A stretch of 64,000 bases of DNA from Octopus sinensis (taxonomy: Eukaryota). Shown piece after piece: positions 49,217 to 61,639 of the stretch (position 1 is its first letter; every line of letters begins with the position of its first letter). The notes below the pieces were generated by a model. It was given only the letters and a program-made list of their open reading frames with translations. It was not told the origin of the DNA and searched no databases. Made by a program: the position numbers and the translations under genes. Location: positions 162,936,001 through 163,000,000 of the forward strand of contig NC_042997.1 in the NCBI RefSeq assembly GCF_006345805.1, in the 5' to 3' direction.

Positions 49217-50143
49217 TGATGATGAATGGGCATGATGGTGATGATGAACGGGCGTGATGGTGATGATGAACGGGCGTGATGGTGATGATGAACGGGCGTG
49301 ATGGTGATGATGAACGGGCGTGATGGTGATGATGAACGGGCGTGATGGTGATGATGAACGGGCATGATGGTGATGATGAACGGGAGTGATTGTGGTAAAC
49401 AGGAGTGATGGTGGTGAACAGGAGTGATGGTGGTGAACAGGAGTGATGGTGGTGAACGGGGGTGATGGTGATGATGAACGGGAGTGGTGATGGTGATGAT
49501 GAACGGGAGTGGTGATGGTGATGATGAACGGGAGTGGTGGTGGTGATGATGAACGGGAGTGGTGGTGATGAACGGGAGTGGTGGTGATGAACAGGAGTGG
49601 TGGTGATGAACAGGAGTGATGGTGATGAACAGGAGTGATGGTGATGAACAGGAGTGGTGGTGATGAACAGGAGTGGTGGTGATGAACAGGAGTGGTGGTG
49701 ATGAACAGGAGTGGTGGTGATGAACAGGAGTGGTGGTGATGAACAGGAGTGATGGTGATGAACGGGAGTGATGGTGATGAACGGGAGTGATGGTGATGAA
49801 CAGGAGTGATGGTGATGAACAGGAGTGATGGTGATGAACAGGAGTGATGGTGATGAACAGGAGTGATGGTGATGAACAGGAGTGATGGTGATGAACAGGA
49901 GTGATGGTGATGAACAGGAGTGATGGTGATGAACAGGAGTGATGGTGATGAACAGGAGTGATGGTGATGATGAAGAACAGGAGTGATGGTGACGATGATG
50001 AACAGGAGTGATGGTGACGATGATGAACAGGAGTGATGGTGACGATGATGAACAGGAGTGATGGTGACGATGATGAACAGGAGTGATGATGATGATGATG
50101 AACAGAAGTGATGATGATGAACAGAAGTGATGGTGATGATGAT
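49217..50143. repeat. Intronic minisatellite, core GAAC(A/G)GG(A/C)GT plus (GAT/GGT)n; periods 19, 22 and 25 bp
   Basis: Direct reading, e.g. (CAGGAGTGATGGTGATGAA)n at about 49800-49930. Confidence 0.95.
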
Positions 50144-50489
50144 GTTTGACTAAGTGAACCTTCACAAAACATAATCATGATTAAGATCATCCAATCTTTT
50201 TCAAACAATGTATTTCAAACTATATTATTCAATATGTCCCTTTTTAGCCAACACAATATGCTGTGATTTAAGAGGAATTTTGGCTTCTATTTCTAGCAGG
50301 TCAAGCTACCATATTATCTCATGACTCACTGAAGTTCTACAAGATTGGTGTTCATCATTCAGTTTTAATGAATTTCAGCAAGTGAAACATAATTCACAGG
50401 TGGTCTTCTCCTGGCAAGATGAATAGAACCTAAGTGGACTCTGTAATTGAGAATGAAGTATCTTGGCTGAAATAACAACCAATGTAAGT

Positions 50490-50930
50490 GATGCAAGCAT
50501 GACTATGTGGTAAGAATTATGCTTACCAAGCACATGGTTTGGGGTCAAGTCCTACTGTGTGGCACCTTGGACAAATGCTTTCTACTACAGCCTAGGGCCA
50601 ACCAAAGCCTTGTGAGTGGATTTAGTAGACAGAAACTGAAAGAAATCCATTGTAGGCATGTGCATACATGTGCATGCATGCTTCACTGTTTCTTTGCCCT
50701 GGTTTAACATAATAGTTGTAAACAAAAACAAGTGTTACCATCATGCAAGCAGTGACCTTCATTTCCAATCTTCCATGAAAACATGTCCAGCCATGGGGGA
50801 AATAATACCTTACTTGAAAATAGGTGAGGATTAGCAACAGGATGGACATCCAGCCATGGAAAGTACACTTCATCAAATTCTGTTTAACCCATATGTGCAT
50901 GGAAATTTAGACATTAAAACAATGAGGATG
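50490..50930 (+). mobile_element. SINE family A head/CORE with RTE-like tail variant
   Basis: GTGGCACCTTGGACAAATG...GGATTTAGTAGAC, ending GACATTAAAACAATGAGGATG. Similar copy at 58310-58720. Confidence 0.7.
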
Positions 50931-51589
50931 CTGAGAGGGTATAAACACATAATCACTACAATCTTAATGATTTCAGCCAGACATACCCTCTGATGAATGA
51001 CTACAAAGTAAGAAAATAGATCTTTGGGTTTGAGCAGACAAACCTATGATGAAAGGCATTCTAGTTACAACCATCCAGCCTTTCATTCAGACATTCGCAT
51101 TTTTTTTTCATCTCATTGTAGTTGGGTGTGATCTGAGGAAAATTTAGCCACTATTTCTTGCAATCTAAGAGTACCCATTTAGAGACTCTTTCATTAGGCC
51201 CTTTCTAAAAGTATTCTTTTTCCCTGATAAATCCATTCAAAAAACACAATTCTTTCTCTTCTCATTATTCGACTCTAAAGACAATATCATATACATTCTC
51301 TCTGATGGCTGAAATAGATGCACCACATTTTACATCATTTTATACCACATTTCCTACTTAGAACACCACCAAAACCTCAATAACAACCACAAAACTTACA
51401 TCAGAATATATGATGTCATTTTGGTAATGACTCACTTGAAACAAGTTTTACTTTCTATTATTATAATTTTATTCACAGCCCATCATTAGAAAATAGTAAA
51501 GATGATGTTCCAGAATGGTCTTAGTTGTGATGGTTGAAACAGACTGAAGTGTTTTATCCCAGTCTGAGAATTATCTCTACACATGGCTA

Positions 51590-51905
51590 GGTGCAGGTAT
51601 GGCTTTGTGGTTAAGAAGTTTGTTTTGCAACCATGTGGTTTTGGGTTCAGTCCCACTGCATGGTACCTTGGGCAAGCATCTTCAGCTATATCTCCACACC
51701 AACAAATGCCTTGTGAGTGAATTTGGTAGAAAGAAACAGTGTAAAAGTCCTTTGTGTACTTCACAACTTAGCAGTTCGGCAAAAGAAACCAACAGAATAA
51801 GTACCAAACTTAATAAGTACTGGGGTCAGTTTGTTTGACTAAAAGCTTTCAAGGCAATGCTCCAGCATGGCCATAGTTCAATGACTGAAGCAAGATAAAA
51901 ATAAA
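51590..51905 (+). mobile_element. SINE family A copy
   Basis: Head, CORE-like block and CTCCAGCATGGCCATAGTTCAATGACTGAAGC tail. Confidence 0.85.
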
Positions 51906-52477
51906 GAGGATGCAGAATTATCACAGGAGTTTTCTTCATGAAAGTAAAAGTAAAGCCCCTAACAACTGTAGTATGTGATGCTTAGAGCATTGATTTGTAC
52001 CTCTTCTGTTATTAACTGTGAAGCAGACTGAGACAGGAAGATTTATATCATTACTGCTTGGTCATGGCCCATTGCTAGCATTGCACTATGAATAGTTGGC
52101 TATTTAGTCAATAAACGTGCATTATATCAACTCAAGTCAGGTGTAACCCTCACTCGGACACTAATCAATGCCACCATGATTAAATAAGAAATTTAGATGA
52201 CTCCCAGTCTCAGAGAACAAGCTTTCATTTCAAAGCAAGGTCTTCCAGGCTACCAATCAATGACATAACTGATATCAGTTTGTCAATTCTTGAGACTATT
52301 CTTATTAATTGCCTTTATAGTTATTATAAGATCCGGAAAGTGTCTCTGGAGCAGCCCTGTTTAGAGCAGATTTATGGAGAGGGAAAGAACAGGGGAGAGA
52401 ATGAAAGAGAGAAAGAATAATTACAGCATGCAATTGTGTGAAATAAAAGAAATAGAAACTATCATGGTTACACTTAC

Positions 52478-52571
52478 TTATAGTTATCATCTTCAACAAA
52501 CTTCTGTAATTCTTCAATATAGCGAACAGACTTGAGATAATTTTGTACATGTTCTAAAACCTGAAGCTGAT
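52478..52571 (-). CDS. RALGPS: RalGPS exon, end of CDC25/RasGEF domain: (D)[30 protein letters not shown](K)
   Basis: Acceptor ttcttttgtag and donor gtaagt; phase 1 to 2; 94 nt. Matches from memory the RalGPS1/2 motif [25 protein letters not shown]. Confidence 0.95.
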
Positions 52572-54769
52572 CTACAAAAGAAGTTCATTACAGTCAGTCA
52601 AATGAGGTAGAAAGTAGATGGTAAATTGTTTCAATTTTAAAGACCAGAGTTTGTTTTTTTTTTCTTTTTAATTACAAATTGGTCATTTATATAACAATAA
52701 AAATTGAACATCATGTGAATGTAAAGAATTACATATAATAAAGCTGGTTGATCATCAGAAGAGAAAATAAAATAAACAGCCTCCCTAAAACTTTGATAAC
52801 TTTAAAAAATATTGTGTAATCTTTCAGTGAAATGAGTAGTGTCACAATGAAAAGGATGCTAATAACAACTAACATTATGAACAGCAAATACTGGTGATCT
52901 TTCTTTATTCATAAGAAAAATCAATACCTCCCCACACCTCTACAAACCATTGATTTATAGAACAATGTTAGTAGCAAATTGTAAAATGGAGCATAAAACA
53001 AGATGTCTGCAATTTCAAGGGATATATATTTAAACAGCTCTTTAAAAGTTACAGCAGCAATTCTTGGAGTGGAAGGAGTAAGAAAATTTTACGTGAAACT
53101 TAAAGCTATACCAAACATGAAAGTAATAATGAACATTTATCTATAATTTAATAACCAAATCAGAACAATTTGTAACACAGCTGCTGTGAAATCAACAAAA
53201 ATAGACACAAAACCAGAGCAATTAAAAGAGAAACCAGTCGTCTAATGGCTCAAATGCAGGCAATATCCTTTTCCATTACAAAGAAGACTTTTGTACTATC
53301 AGACAAAAAGAAATAGTACACAATATTTGAATGGTTTTCTTTTTTTTTTTTTTAATGATTTCCCCTATTGAACCAAGATGAATATGATATGCTAGTGGAT
53401 GCTGACCTTACGTTAAAGACTTAAGCTATTTCTTCAGAATACCAAATGCACTTGTTTGCACTAAGTGAACAGATGAATAGATTCAAAAGATGAACCTGTA
53501 TTCATTAATCTTAAATACAAAAATCTCTGTTAGAAACCCTTCCAAGAACTAACTATTATAAATATCATTCAAGTCAGTCAACCACTGACCTCACCTCAAA
53601 CAGAGTGATCACAATGTGTATGTGCTGCTATCCAACCACACATCAATTTATAGGGGAGTGGGGTGAGCATATGTTCTCTCTTCTCCCTCTTCATCTCTCT
53701 AACTCTTAGATGTTGTAATCTCTAGTTAGTTCTTTAGTATCTTTGCTCCTTTCAATTAACCTACTTTCAACCATAGTAAGGAACTATGAAACTTCATCAG
53801 AAGTGAAAAACCAAATAGAAAGACAGGCAGACAGTGGAGACATTTACTGATCAATTACATGCATGACAAGATCTGATTTATGACTGAACAGTTAGGGTAT
53901 AACTATTATGAAAACTTGTCAAACGCATGCTAACTAGAAAAGAAAAAAAGCTAGAAATCAATGAGGAAGGATCGATGCTGTAAGAGTAGTTTTAAAAATC
54001 AACAAATTCAATAGTGAACCAAAGAACAGATTGAAACTGCCACTATTGGGAATATAGCGTATTATCTAAGGGTTTAAACTTATTTATAGGCATATTTATA
54101 AAGGTATAAACCAACCTTTGTTACAGGAACAAAGTATCTAAAAGCATTACCCAAGTTATAAAATGAAAATTTTTATAAGCCTTTACTGGTATTATTTTAG
54201 ATGCATATGAAAATACATAGTTTATACCAGCTTTGATGATCAAGGTAAACATCAACATCATATGCCAGACATACCAAATTATTTTCACAGTAGAGCTATG
54301 AATTAAGGAAAAATTTCTCTAAAATGCTCTCCAATATAAATCTGTTATGTAAATTTGACTTTTTCTTTTAATGGGTTAGCTATAAGAACTTTACTGCGAT
54401 GGTTTATGTTGCAATTAATAGTTTAGTAAGTCGAAATAGGACAGAAGACAATAATAATACAACAGACTATCAGAATAAGAATAACAAAATTCAATGCAAG
54501 CTAAATAACAATTAGATATATAAATATAGCATAATGTCAAACATTTGAAAAGTCATCCTTAATACATGCCAAAGTAAGTCATATCATATCATACACACAC
54601 ACATTATAAATATATAAATAAATATATATATATATGTATATAAGAAACTTTATGCATAGATTTCTATAGAAAATGTAGTTGCAGGTTACCAAATGAAAGA
54701 TATATGACAAGCTGATCCTTTAGTCAAATATGGCTATCACACCATAGAATATTATTTTAATAATAATGG

Positions 54770-54980
54770 TTTCAAATTTTGGTACAAGGCCCTGTGAATT
54801 TATGGGAGAGTGGTAGTTGATTACATCGGCCCCAGTGCTCAATTGGTACTTATTTTATCAATCCCAAAAGGATGTCAAGCAAAACTTAACCTCAGTAAGA
54901 TTTGAACTCAGAACACGAGCCTAAAGAAGAGCCACAAAATATTTTGTCCAAACACTAATGAATCTGCCAATCCATCACCC
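54770..54980 (-). mobile_element. Older SINE family B copy
   Basis: TTGAACTCAGAAC and GTACTTATTTTATCAATCCC(A)AAAGGATG body, with the alternative tail also seen at 21030-21060. Confidence 0.7.
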
Positions 54981-56105
54981 TTATTTTGATAATAACAATC
55001 TTAATACAAACTACAATTATATTGTCCGATTAATAAGCCAAAATTTTTTTTTAATCTCTAATTTCCTCTAAATGATTTAAAAAGTGGTTACTGATATGAA
55101 ACTGTTTTTCCAAAAATTTGGCACCAAGCAAGATAAAAATTCCTAATGAGTTTACCAAATGTAATATATACTATAAATGATATAACGTGAACAAACAACA
55201 CAAACACAAGTCAGGGGAGGGGGATTTCAAAGTAAGGGGTTAAAAATACCCAAAAGAAGAGAGAAGTCATTTATGCAACAAGAATTACTAGCAAATAAAG
55301 GGCAGTAGTAACAACCAGTAAGTATAACTAGATTCCTGAGCTAATATTTCTGAAAACTTTACATGGCATCACAACATGGTTGGTTCTATAATTTAATAGA
55401 CTAGTCTGATTCCAGCCAGAGTACAGACGTAATAACAGACATTAACTTCAAGTGATTTAAAGTCTTAAACTGATATTTTTAGAAACTGGAACCAATAAAA
55501 GAAAAGTGAGGAGGAGGAAGGGGGGAGAGAGGGAGGAAAGGGAGAAAGGTGAATGAGGGGTGAGAAGGAGTGAGAGGGAGAATGAAGACTAGAAAGTAAT
55601 AAAAACAGTCTGGGGTAATATACAGGTGGGACATTGCATATAAAAAAAAAATGGAGTTAGTTGATGGTAGTCAGGTTAGACAATGGGATAAGACGTAGAA
55701 ATCAAATATGAACATGCTACAGTTTAAATAGCAAAAATCTCCAAGAGATATAGATACTATCAATGAAATATTGATGGAACATAACAGATGGTAATAGTAT
55801 ATTAGTTGATTTTTCCTACAACATGCAGAGTAATGGAAATGATAACAACTTACTTGGAGAAAATCCAAATACTAGATGAAATAAATGAAAGAAGTAGCTG
55901 TGTATAGAAATGAATACTATCGCACAAAATGAAGTGGCTAACACTTTATATAAAAAGTTTACCAACACAAGGAACAGCTTTTCACTTATACTGGTGTGGG
56001 GTGAGAATATGTCTTTGTAGTAATTTCTTCAGACATCTAAAGAAACCAGCATTTGTGAATACATACCTTCACAAAATCAAATTGTAAATTAACATACAAA
56101 CATTT

Positions 56106-56165
<60 letters not shown>

Positions 56166-56232
56166 CTGGAGTAAGCACATAAATGTGAAACAAGGTGAAA
56201 AAAAGAGTACTCAAATACCAGAGGTAGAGTAA

Positions 56233-56402
56233 TATACTTTATTTAAAAGCAGCAGAAATATAACAAAAGTTGTTACTCAGAGTTTCGTGTTCCCGTTCGT
56301 CAGACAGTTTTGTTAAAATAGACAAAACTGTCCGACGAATGGGAACGTGAAACTCTGAGTAACAGCTTTTGTTATATTTCAGCTGCTTTTAAATAAAGTA
56401 TA
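56233..56402. mobile_element. Penelope-like inverted terminal repeat pair (81-bp arms, 8-nt spacer) carrying hammerhead motifs
   Basis: Arms 56233-56313 and 56322-56402 match at 75/81 positions; each arm reads C(T/C)GACGA...GAAACTCTGAGTA. Confidence 0.85.
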
Positions 56403-56658
56403 TATATATATATAATTGAGATTCAGTTGAATTAGATACTTAAGTTGAAGCACCAAGTCAGCTCGAAGTAAGAGAAATAAAACCAAAATAAGCAACAGGA
56501 TATCAAGAAGTGATGCAGCACGACCGTTTCAAGTGGCTCCATTTAATTGAACAATGCAATCATTACATCAACTTAAATACAGTACCATCTTCGGCTGCAT
56601 CACTACTTGATATCCTGTCACTTGTGTATTACTTTTTATTTATTTATATATTAGATAT

Positions 56659-57138
56659 AAAAATGCAAGCATGAAAAGTAATATTCTTAAGATTATAAAC
56701 TTGGAAAAATACAGGACAAGTTATTACACCTGTAAAAGTATAGGACAAACTATTACTTCAAGTAAAGTACAGAATAAGAAATGTTTTACTTAAAATATTG
56801 CAGCAAAGAATGCCTCTTCTAATTTATCAGTCTTTACAGTTCTCATCTTTTAAATTTATTGTACAAAACTGTTCAGCTAATTTGTAAGTTTGTCTAATTA
56901 GTCACTTTTTTCTGTATTTAAGGTAGCGAATTAGCCAAATTCTGCTTAAATAGTATAGTGTTATTTGTAAAGATAATAAAATATTTTTTAATATTCAAAT
57001 TTTAATTTCAGCTGCAATATTTTTTTATTCTTTACTTGAAGTAATAGTTTGTCCTATACTTTTACAGGTGTAATAACTTGTCCTGTACTTTTCCAGGTTT
57101 ATAATCTTAAGAACATTACTTTTCATGCTCATGTTTTT
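56659..57138. mobile_element. Foldback MITE with TIRs of about 110-130 bp
   Basis: GCATGAAAAGTAAT(A/G)TTCTTAAGATTATAAAC...CTATTACTTCAAGTAAAG is present as a near-perfect inverted pair. Confidence 0.88.
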
Positions 57139-58139
57139 CCATGTAATCCATGATTTTTCCAAGTATTGCTGTTACAAGATAATGTGTCAATTAATAATTT
57201 AGGATTTTTACTTTATAAAATACTGGGTAGGGGAATATATTGGCTGCTATTTTTAGTATGTTAAGTGATCAGGCAGAGGTCTTTCATTGGTTTGATTGTG
57301 ATGAAATATTTTTACACATGTATGTATAATAAGCATATGTATCATCAGCAGAAGTTAGAGAGTAAGTCAAAAGCTGACAGTTTCATGTATTGGCACTTAT
57401 CTAACATGAATTTGTCCATTGTCACTCTGTAACTTGTGACGAAATAACTTCTAAAATACAAAATTTTATCAAAACCGTTAAGAGTAAATAAACCCTGTGG
57501 TATGTGACACATTGTACCAGTATCGAAAGATTCAAATTGTTAAGCTAAAAAAAATTAGTTAATCTGCACAGATTAATAGATCCAAAATGGATAAAAAGCA
57601 AAGTCGACCTCAGCAGAATTTGAACTGAAAATAAAAACACAGGCAAAATATTGCTAAGCATTTCGCCTGCAGCACTAACTTTTCTGCCAAGCATTACTTC
57701 CTTACTCTCTTACTTACTGACATGAAATTTCATGGCATTTCACCCCGTAACTTTTCTTCTAATTTTTGTTCAATGCGGCTAACGACTCTGAATTCCTCAC
57801 ACATTTTTCTGTCATTTAAGCCTAAGGAAAGTATACTTTTATTTTAAAATTAAAAAGTTTATGTTAATTGAAGCCTAATAGGTGCCTTACAGCACCCCTT
57901 TGAGGTTGCAGATATTTTGATGTAACTTTCTTTTTTCAAACTATTTATGCCAAAGTGTAGCTGAGGAGGAGTCTTCTTTAAAACTTAACAGTTTGCAATT
58001 TAGTTGGGAACTGAATTAGTGGGGAAGCTTGGAAGCTGATGCAATTGACGAAATGGTGGACTTAAGAATATATTCAACCACTACCATGGTTGAATGATGT
58101 GTGTATGTGCATGTATAGTTAATCCAAACATGAAAACAC

Positions 58140-58300
58140 AAAGAGAAAACAACACAAGGACGTGGAACAAATATAGTGTTATTGGACGCTAAGGAAAGGA
58201 AGGAAAGAAGGAGGATTTAACGTTTCGAGCGGAGCTCTTCATCAGAAACATAGGAAAAAGAAAGATCCAAGGAAGGGAAGACAGAGGGGGAAAAAAATCG
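58140..58300 (-). mobile_element. Penelope-like terminal fragment with a minimal hammerhead (58215-58249)
   Basis: Minus strand TTTCTGATGAAGAGCTCCGCTCGAAACGTTAAAT. Confidence 0.75.
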
Positions 58301-58439
58301 CCAATGGTACACAGTACAAACATGGCTGTGTGGTTTAGAAGTTTGCTTCCCAACCATGTAGTCTTGGGTTCAGTCCCACTGCATGGCACCTTGATCCTTG
58401 GAAGTGGATTTAGTAGATGGAAACTGAAAAGAAACCTAT

Positions 58440-58474
<35 letters not shown>

Positions 58475-58799
58475 CATACAGGTGTGTGTGTACATCCTTG
58501 TCTTGACATCATGTGATGGTTGTAACCAACCTTCATCATCATACAAGCAATGTTATTCATTTCCAGTTATCTTTGAAAAACATATGGGTGTGGAGAAATA
58601 TTACCTTGCTTGAAAACAGTGAGGGTTGGCAACAGAAGTGACATCTGACCATAGAAAACTTGTCTCAACAAATTTCATCTGACCCGTAAAAGCATGAAAA
58701 AGTGGACGTTAAATGATGGTGATAATATGTAACAACATGACACACACACACACACTCCCTCTCTCCCTATCAACTTTTGAGTACTATATTTTGATTTTC

Positions 58800-59340
58800 A
58801 TTCCCAGACTTGTTCTTTCTAACACACACATTCTTATGCAAATTATACCATCCTTCAAACCTCTTTCATCTTCCACATAGAACCATCATGATGTACACAC
58901 AACCTAAATATCTCCAGTCTGATTCTATATCATCTCCATGGACCTTGATTTTCAGAACATCTTCCAACGGAGACATGATGAACTCAAAAATGAATCACAA
59001 AACACATACCTAGAAAACAGTCTCCTATCTCTTCTCTCTCTCTCTCATGAACAAAAATGACTGAAACCCTCAAAATCATAATGTCAGACTTCCCAATCTC
59101 TGAAGATCTTCCACGGTGACTCCATGATATATATAACACTGCTAAAATTTATATCACAAAGACTAAGATGCCTGTTTAGATTCAAGAAACATTTCACCTC
59201 TGATGAATTTCTAACTCTCCACAAAGCTATTGTAAGATTTTACATTGGTATGCTGCTCACATATGTGACTGCTGCACACACACAGACACGCTACACAGTA
59301 TCCAAAAGAAGTCCACCCAATTGATTCTCAAAAGATTCAA
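58800..59340 (+). mobile_element. Old CR1/Jockey-type LINE RT remnant
   Basis: SQRLRCLFRFKKHFTSDEFLTLHKAIVR resembles the post-RT 'LYKAxVRP' region. Confidence 0.6.
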
Positions 59341-59394
59341 TAACCAATTGTTAACTCATAAACATGTGATTTCTTCTCTCTGCTAAGGTAGGTA

Positions 59395-60297
59395 GGTAGG
59401 TGTGTGCATGCATGCATGCGTGTTTCCCTCTGCCTGTCTGTCTTGATATCATGTGACATTTATAAGCAAACATCACCATACAGTATTGTTTGTTTCCAAT
59501 CTTCCATGAAAATATGTCCAGCCACAGGGAAGTAATACCTTGCTTGGAAATGGCGAGGGCCAGCAAAATTAAGAGCTTATAGAAAACCTGCCTCAATACA
59601 TCTCATCTGACCCATGCAAGCAGGGAAAAGTAGATGTTAAAATGATAATAACAATGATAATGATTATTCATATATATATATATATATATATACTAGCAGT
59701 ATCGCCCGGCGTTGCTCGGGTTTGTAAGGGAAATAACTATAAAGGATTTTTTAGAGAGTTATAGCCAAAAAATAGCAAAAAAATGGGGGAAAAAAGATGG
59801 TAATATTTTTTTTGATAGTTAAAAAGGTCGAGTTGCGTCCCCATGACCATCTGTGGTTTGTATTTCTGATTGTCGACCCCATGTTGAATTTATCGATCTT
59901 TTTCAGAAGTGGGGGAACTTTTCAAAATTTTCGCTGCGTTAGTTTTGAATTATGACATTGGGCTATGTGTGTGTGTCAAGTTTCATCAGAATCGGTTGAA
60001 AGCCGTGGTCAGAGTGAGGGTACAAGCAAACAGACACACAGAAACACACACAGACAAACTGCCGTTTATATATAGAGAGAGATATATATAGGAGTCTACT
60101 TTCCAACTACATTTTGGATTCAGTCTCATTGCATGAACAGGCTTCTTTCAGTTTCCGTCTACCAAATCCACTCACAAGGCATTGGTCGGCCCGAGGCTAT
60201 AGCAGAAGACACTTGCCCAAGATGCCACGCAGTGGGACTGAACCCGGAACCATGTGGTTGGTAAGCAAGCTACTTACCACACAGCCACTCCTGTGCC
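59395..60297 (-). mobile_element. SINE family A copy split by a Helitron-type insertion
   Basis: Head/CORE at 60140-60297 and tail at 59395-59650 flank the insertion. Confidence 0.8.
59693..60082 (-). mobile_element. 390-bp non-autonomous Helitron-type element inserted in (TA)n
   Basis: Minus 5' A|TCTCTCTCTATATATAAACGGCAGTTTGTCTGTGTG; 3' hairpin CCCGAGCAACGCCGGG followed by CTAG|T. Confidence 0.88.
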
Positions 60298-60342
60298 TAT
60301 AAGGTTTACTTATTTTTAAATTATCTAACACACCAACAGAGG

Positions 60343-60563
60343 CTTAACATTTTAATATTTAGATTACTGTGTTACATGTAATGTTTTTTGCTCATTTTGC
60401 TTTGAATGAATTATACATTATTTCAAGATTTTAATGATGTGACTTGTTTATTTTTAGAATGACATTATAGAATAGGTGTGAGGGGCTGAATCTGGCTGGT
60501 TTTAACATAAATCAGGTAGAATATTTGGGCTGGATATGGCAGTTTAAATGCTAAAAGGGTTAA
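60343..60563. mobile_element. piggyBac-like MITE, second copy
   Basis: Homologous to 32974-33197; ends AAAGGG|TTAA. Confidence 0.65.
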
Positions 60564-61639
60564 ATAACTACATATGGCTTAAAAAACTACACAATACAGA
60601 AAAATGAAAAAATCTCACTCCAATCTCACTTCTAGAAAGGCAGAGCATTACATTCAAATTATATTCGGAAAAACAAGATAATGAGGAAAATACAAATACT
60701 GCCTAATAGATTTGAGTACAAATGACACCATTTAGATGATTAACAAAATCAAATATGTGTCATGAAATGCTCCATAATAATACAAGATATATCTACAAGA
60801 AAATCAGAATACAGAACTATCAATCATTTGTAGATGTTTTTAATTAACATAAGACAGGTGAGAAATATTTTTCTTTCCAGAGAGAACAAAAAAAAAATCA
60901 ATCAGTAATTATATTAATAGAATAGCTATTGAAGAATCTGTTGCAATGAAATGAGAAAAATCAGAAGCAGCCATCTGCTTTTACGACCATTCCAGAGTTC
61001 TTACGTTTTTGTTTCTAACAGCCTAAATATCTTTTAGGCAGTTTCTCAATCATTACCTAAAATCAACCAGTGTACCGACAGAGTACTTTCATAGACAAAT
61101 ATAGAACAATACATTAATTTAAAAATTATCACTAACATACTCAGAGTACACCTATCTTTGGAGCTTCTGCAGTTCCTACATATTTCAATGCAGTTATACT
61201 AAACATTCTTTTGAGATGCAGGTATAGCTGAGCAATTAAACTTGTAACCATGGGGTTCCAAGTTTTATCTGAGTAGCACCTTTGGTCTTTGGCATCTGTC
61301 TTCCACTATAGCCTTAGGTTGACCAATACTTTCTGAGGAGAATTTAGATGGGAACTGTGGAGAAGCCTATTATGGATGCATGTGAGAGTGAGAGACAGAA
61401 TTTGTGAGCTTATTTTATCTTCTACTTCTTTCAGTCACTGAACTGTAGTCATGCTGGGGCATTGCTGTCAAGAGATTTTAGTCAGCCAAATTGATTCCAG
61501 TACTTATTTTTTGAGTCTGGTACCCATCCCACCAACCTCTTTTGCCAATTGCAAGTTACAAGTATGTAAACAAACTATTACTGGTTGTCAGGTAGTGGTG
61601 GGGACAAATAAACACACACACACAAACAGTCTTTTGTGT

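Noticed and set aside
49156-50208. 350-aa and 326-aa His-rich ORFs
   Set aside because: They are two frames of the same minisatellite, whose minus strand cannot contain stops. The flanking RalGPS exons splice in phase without them.
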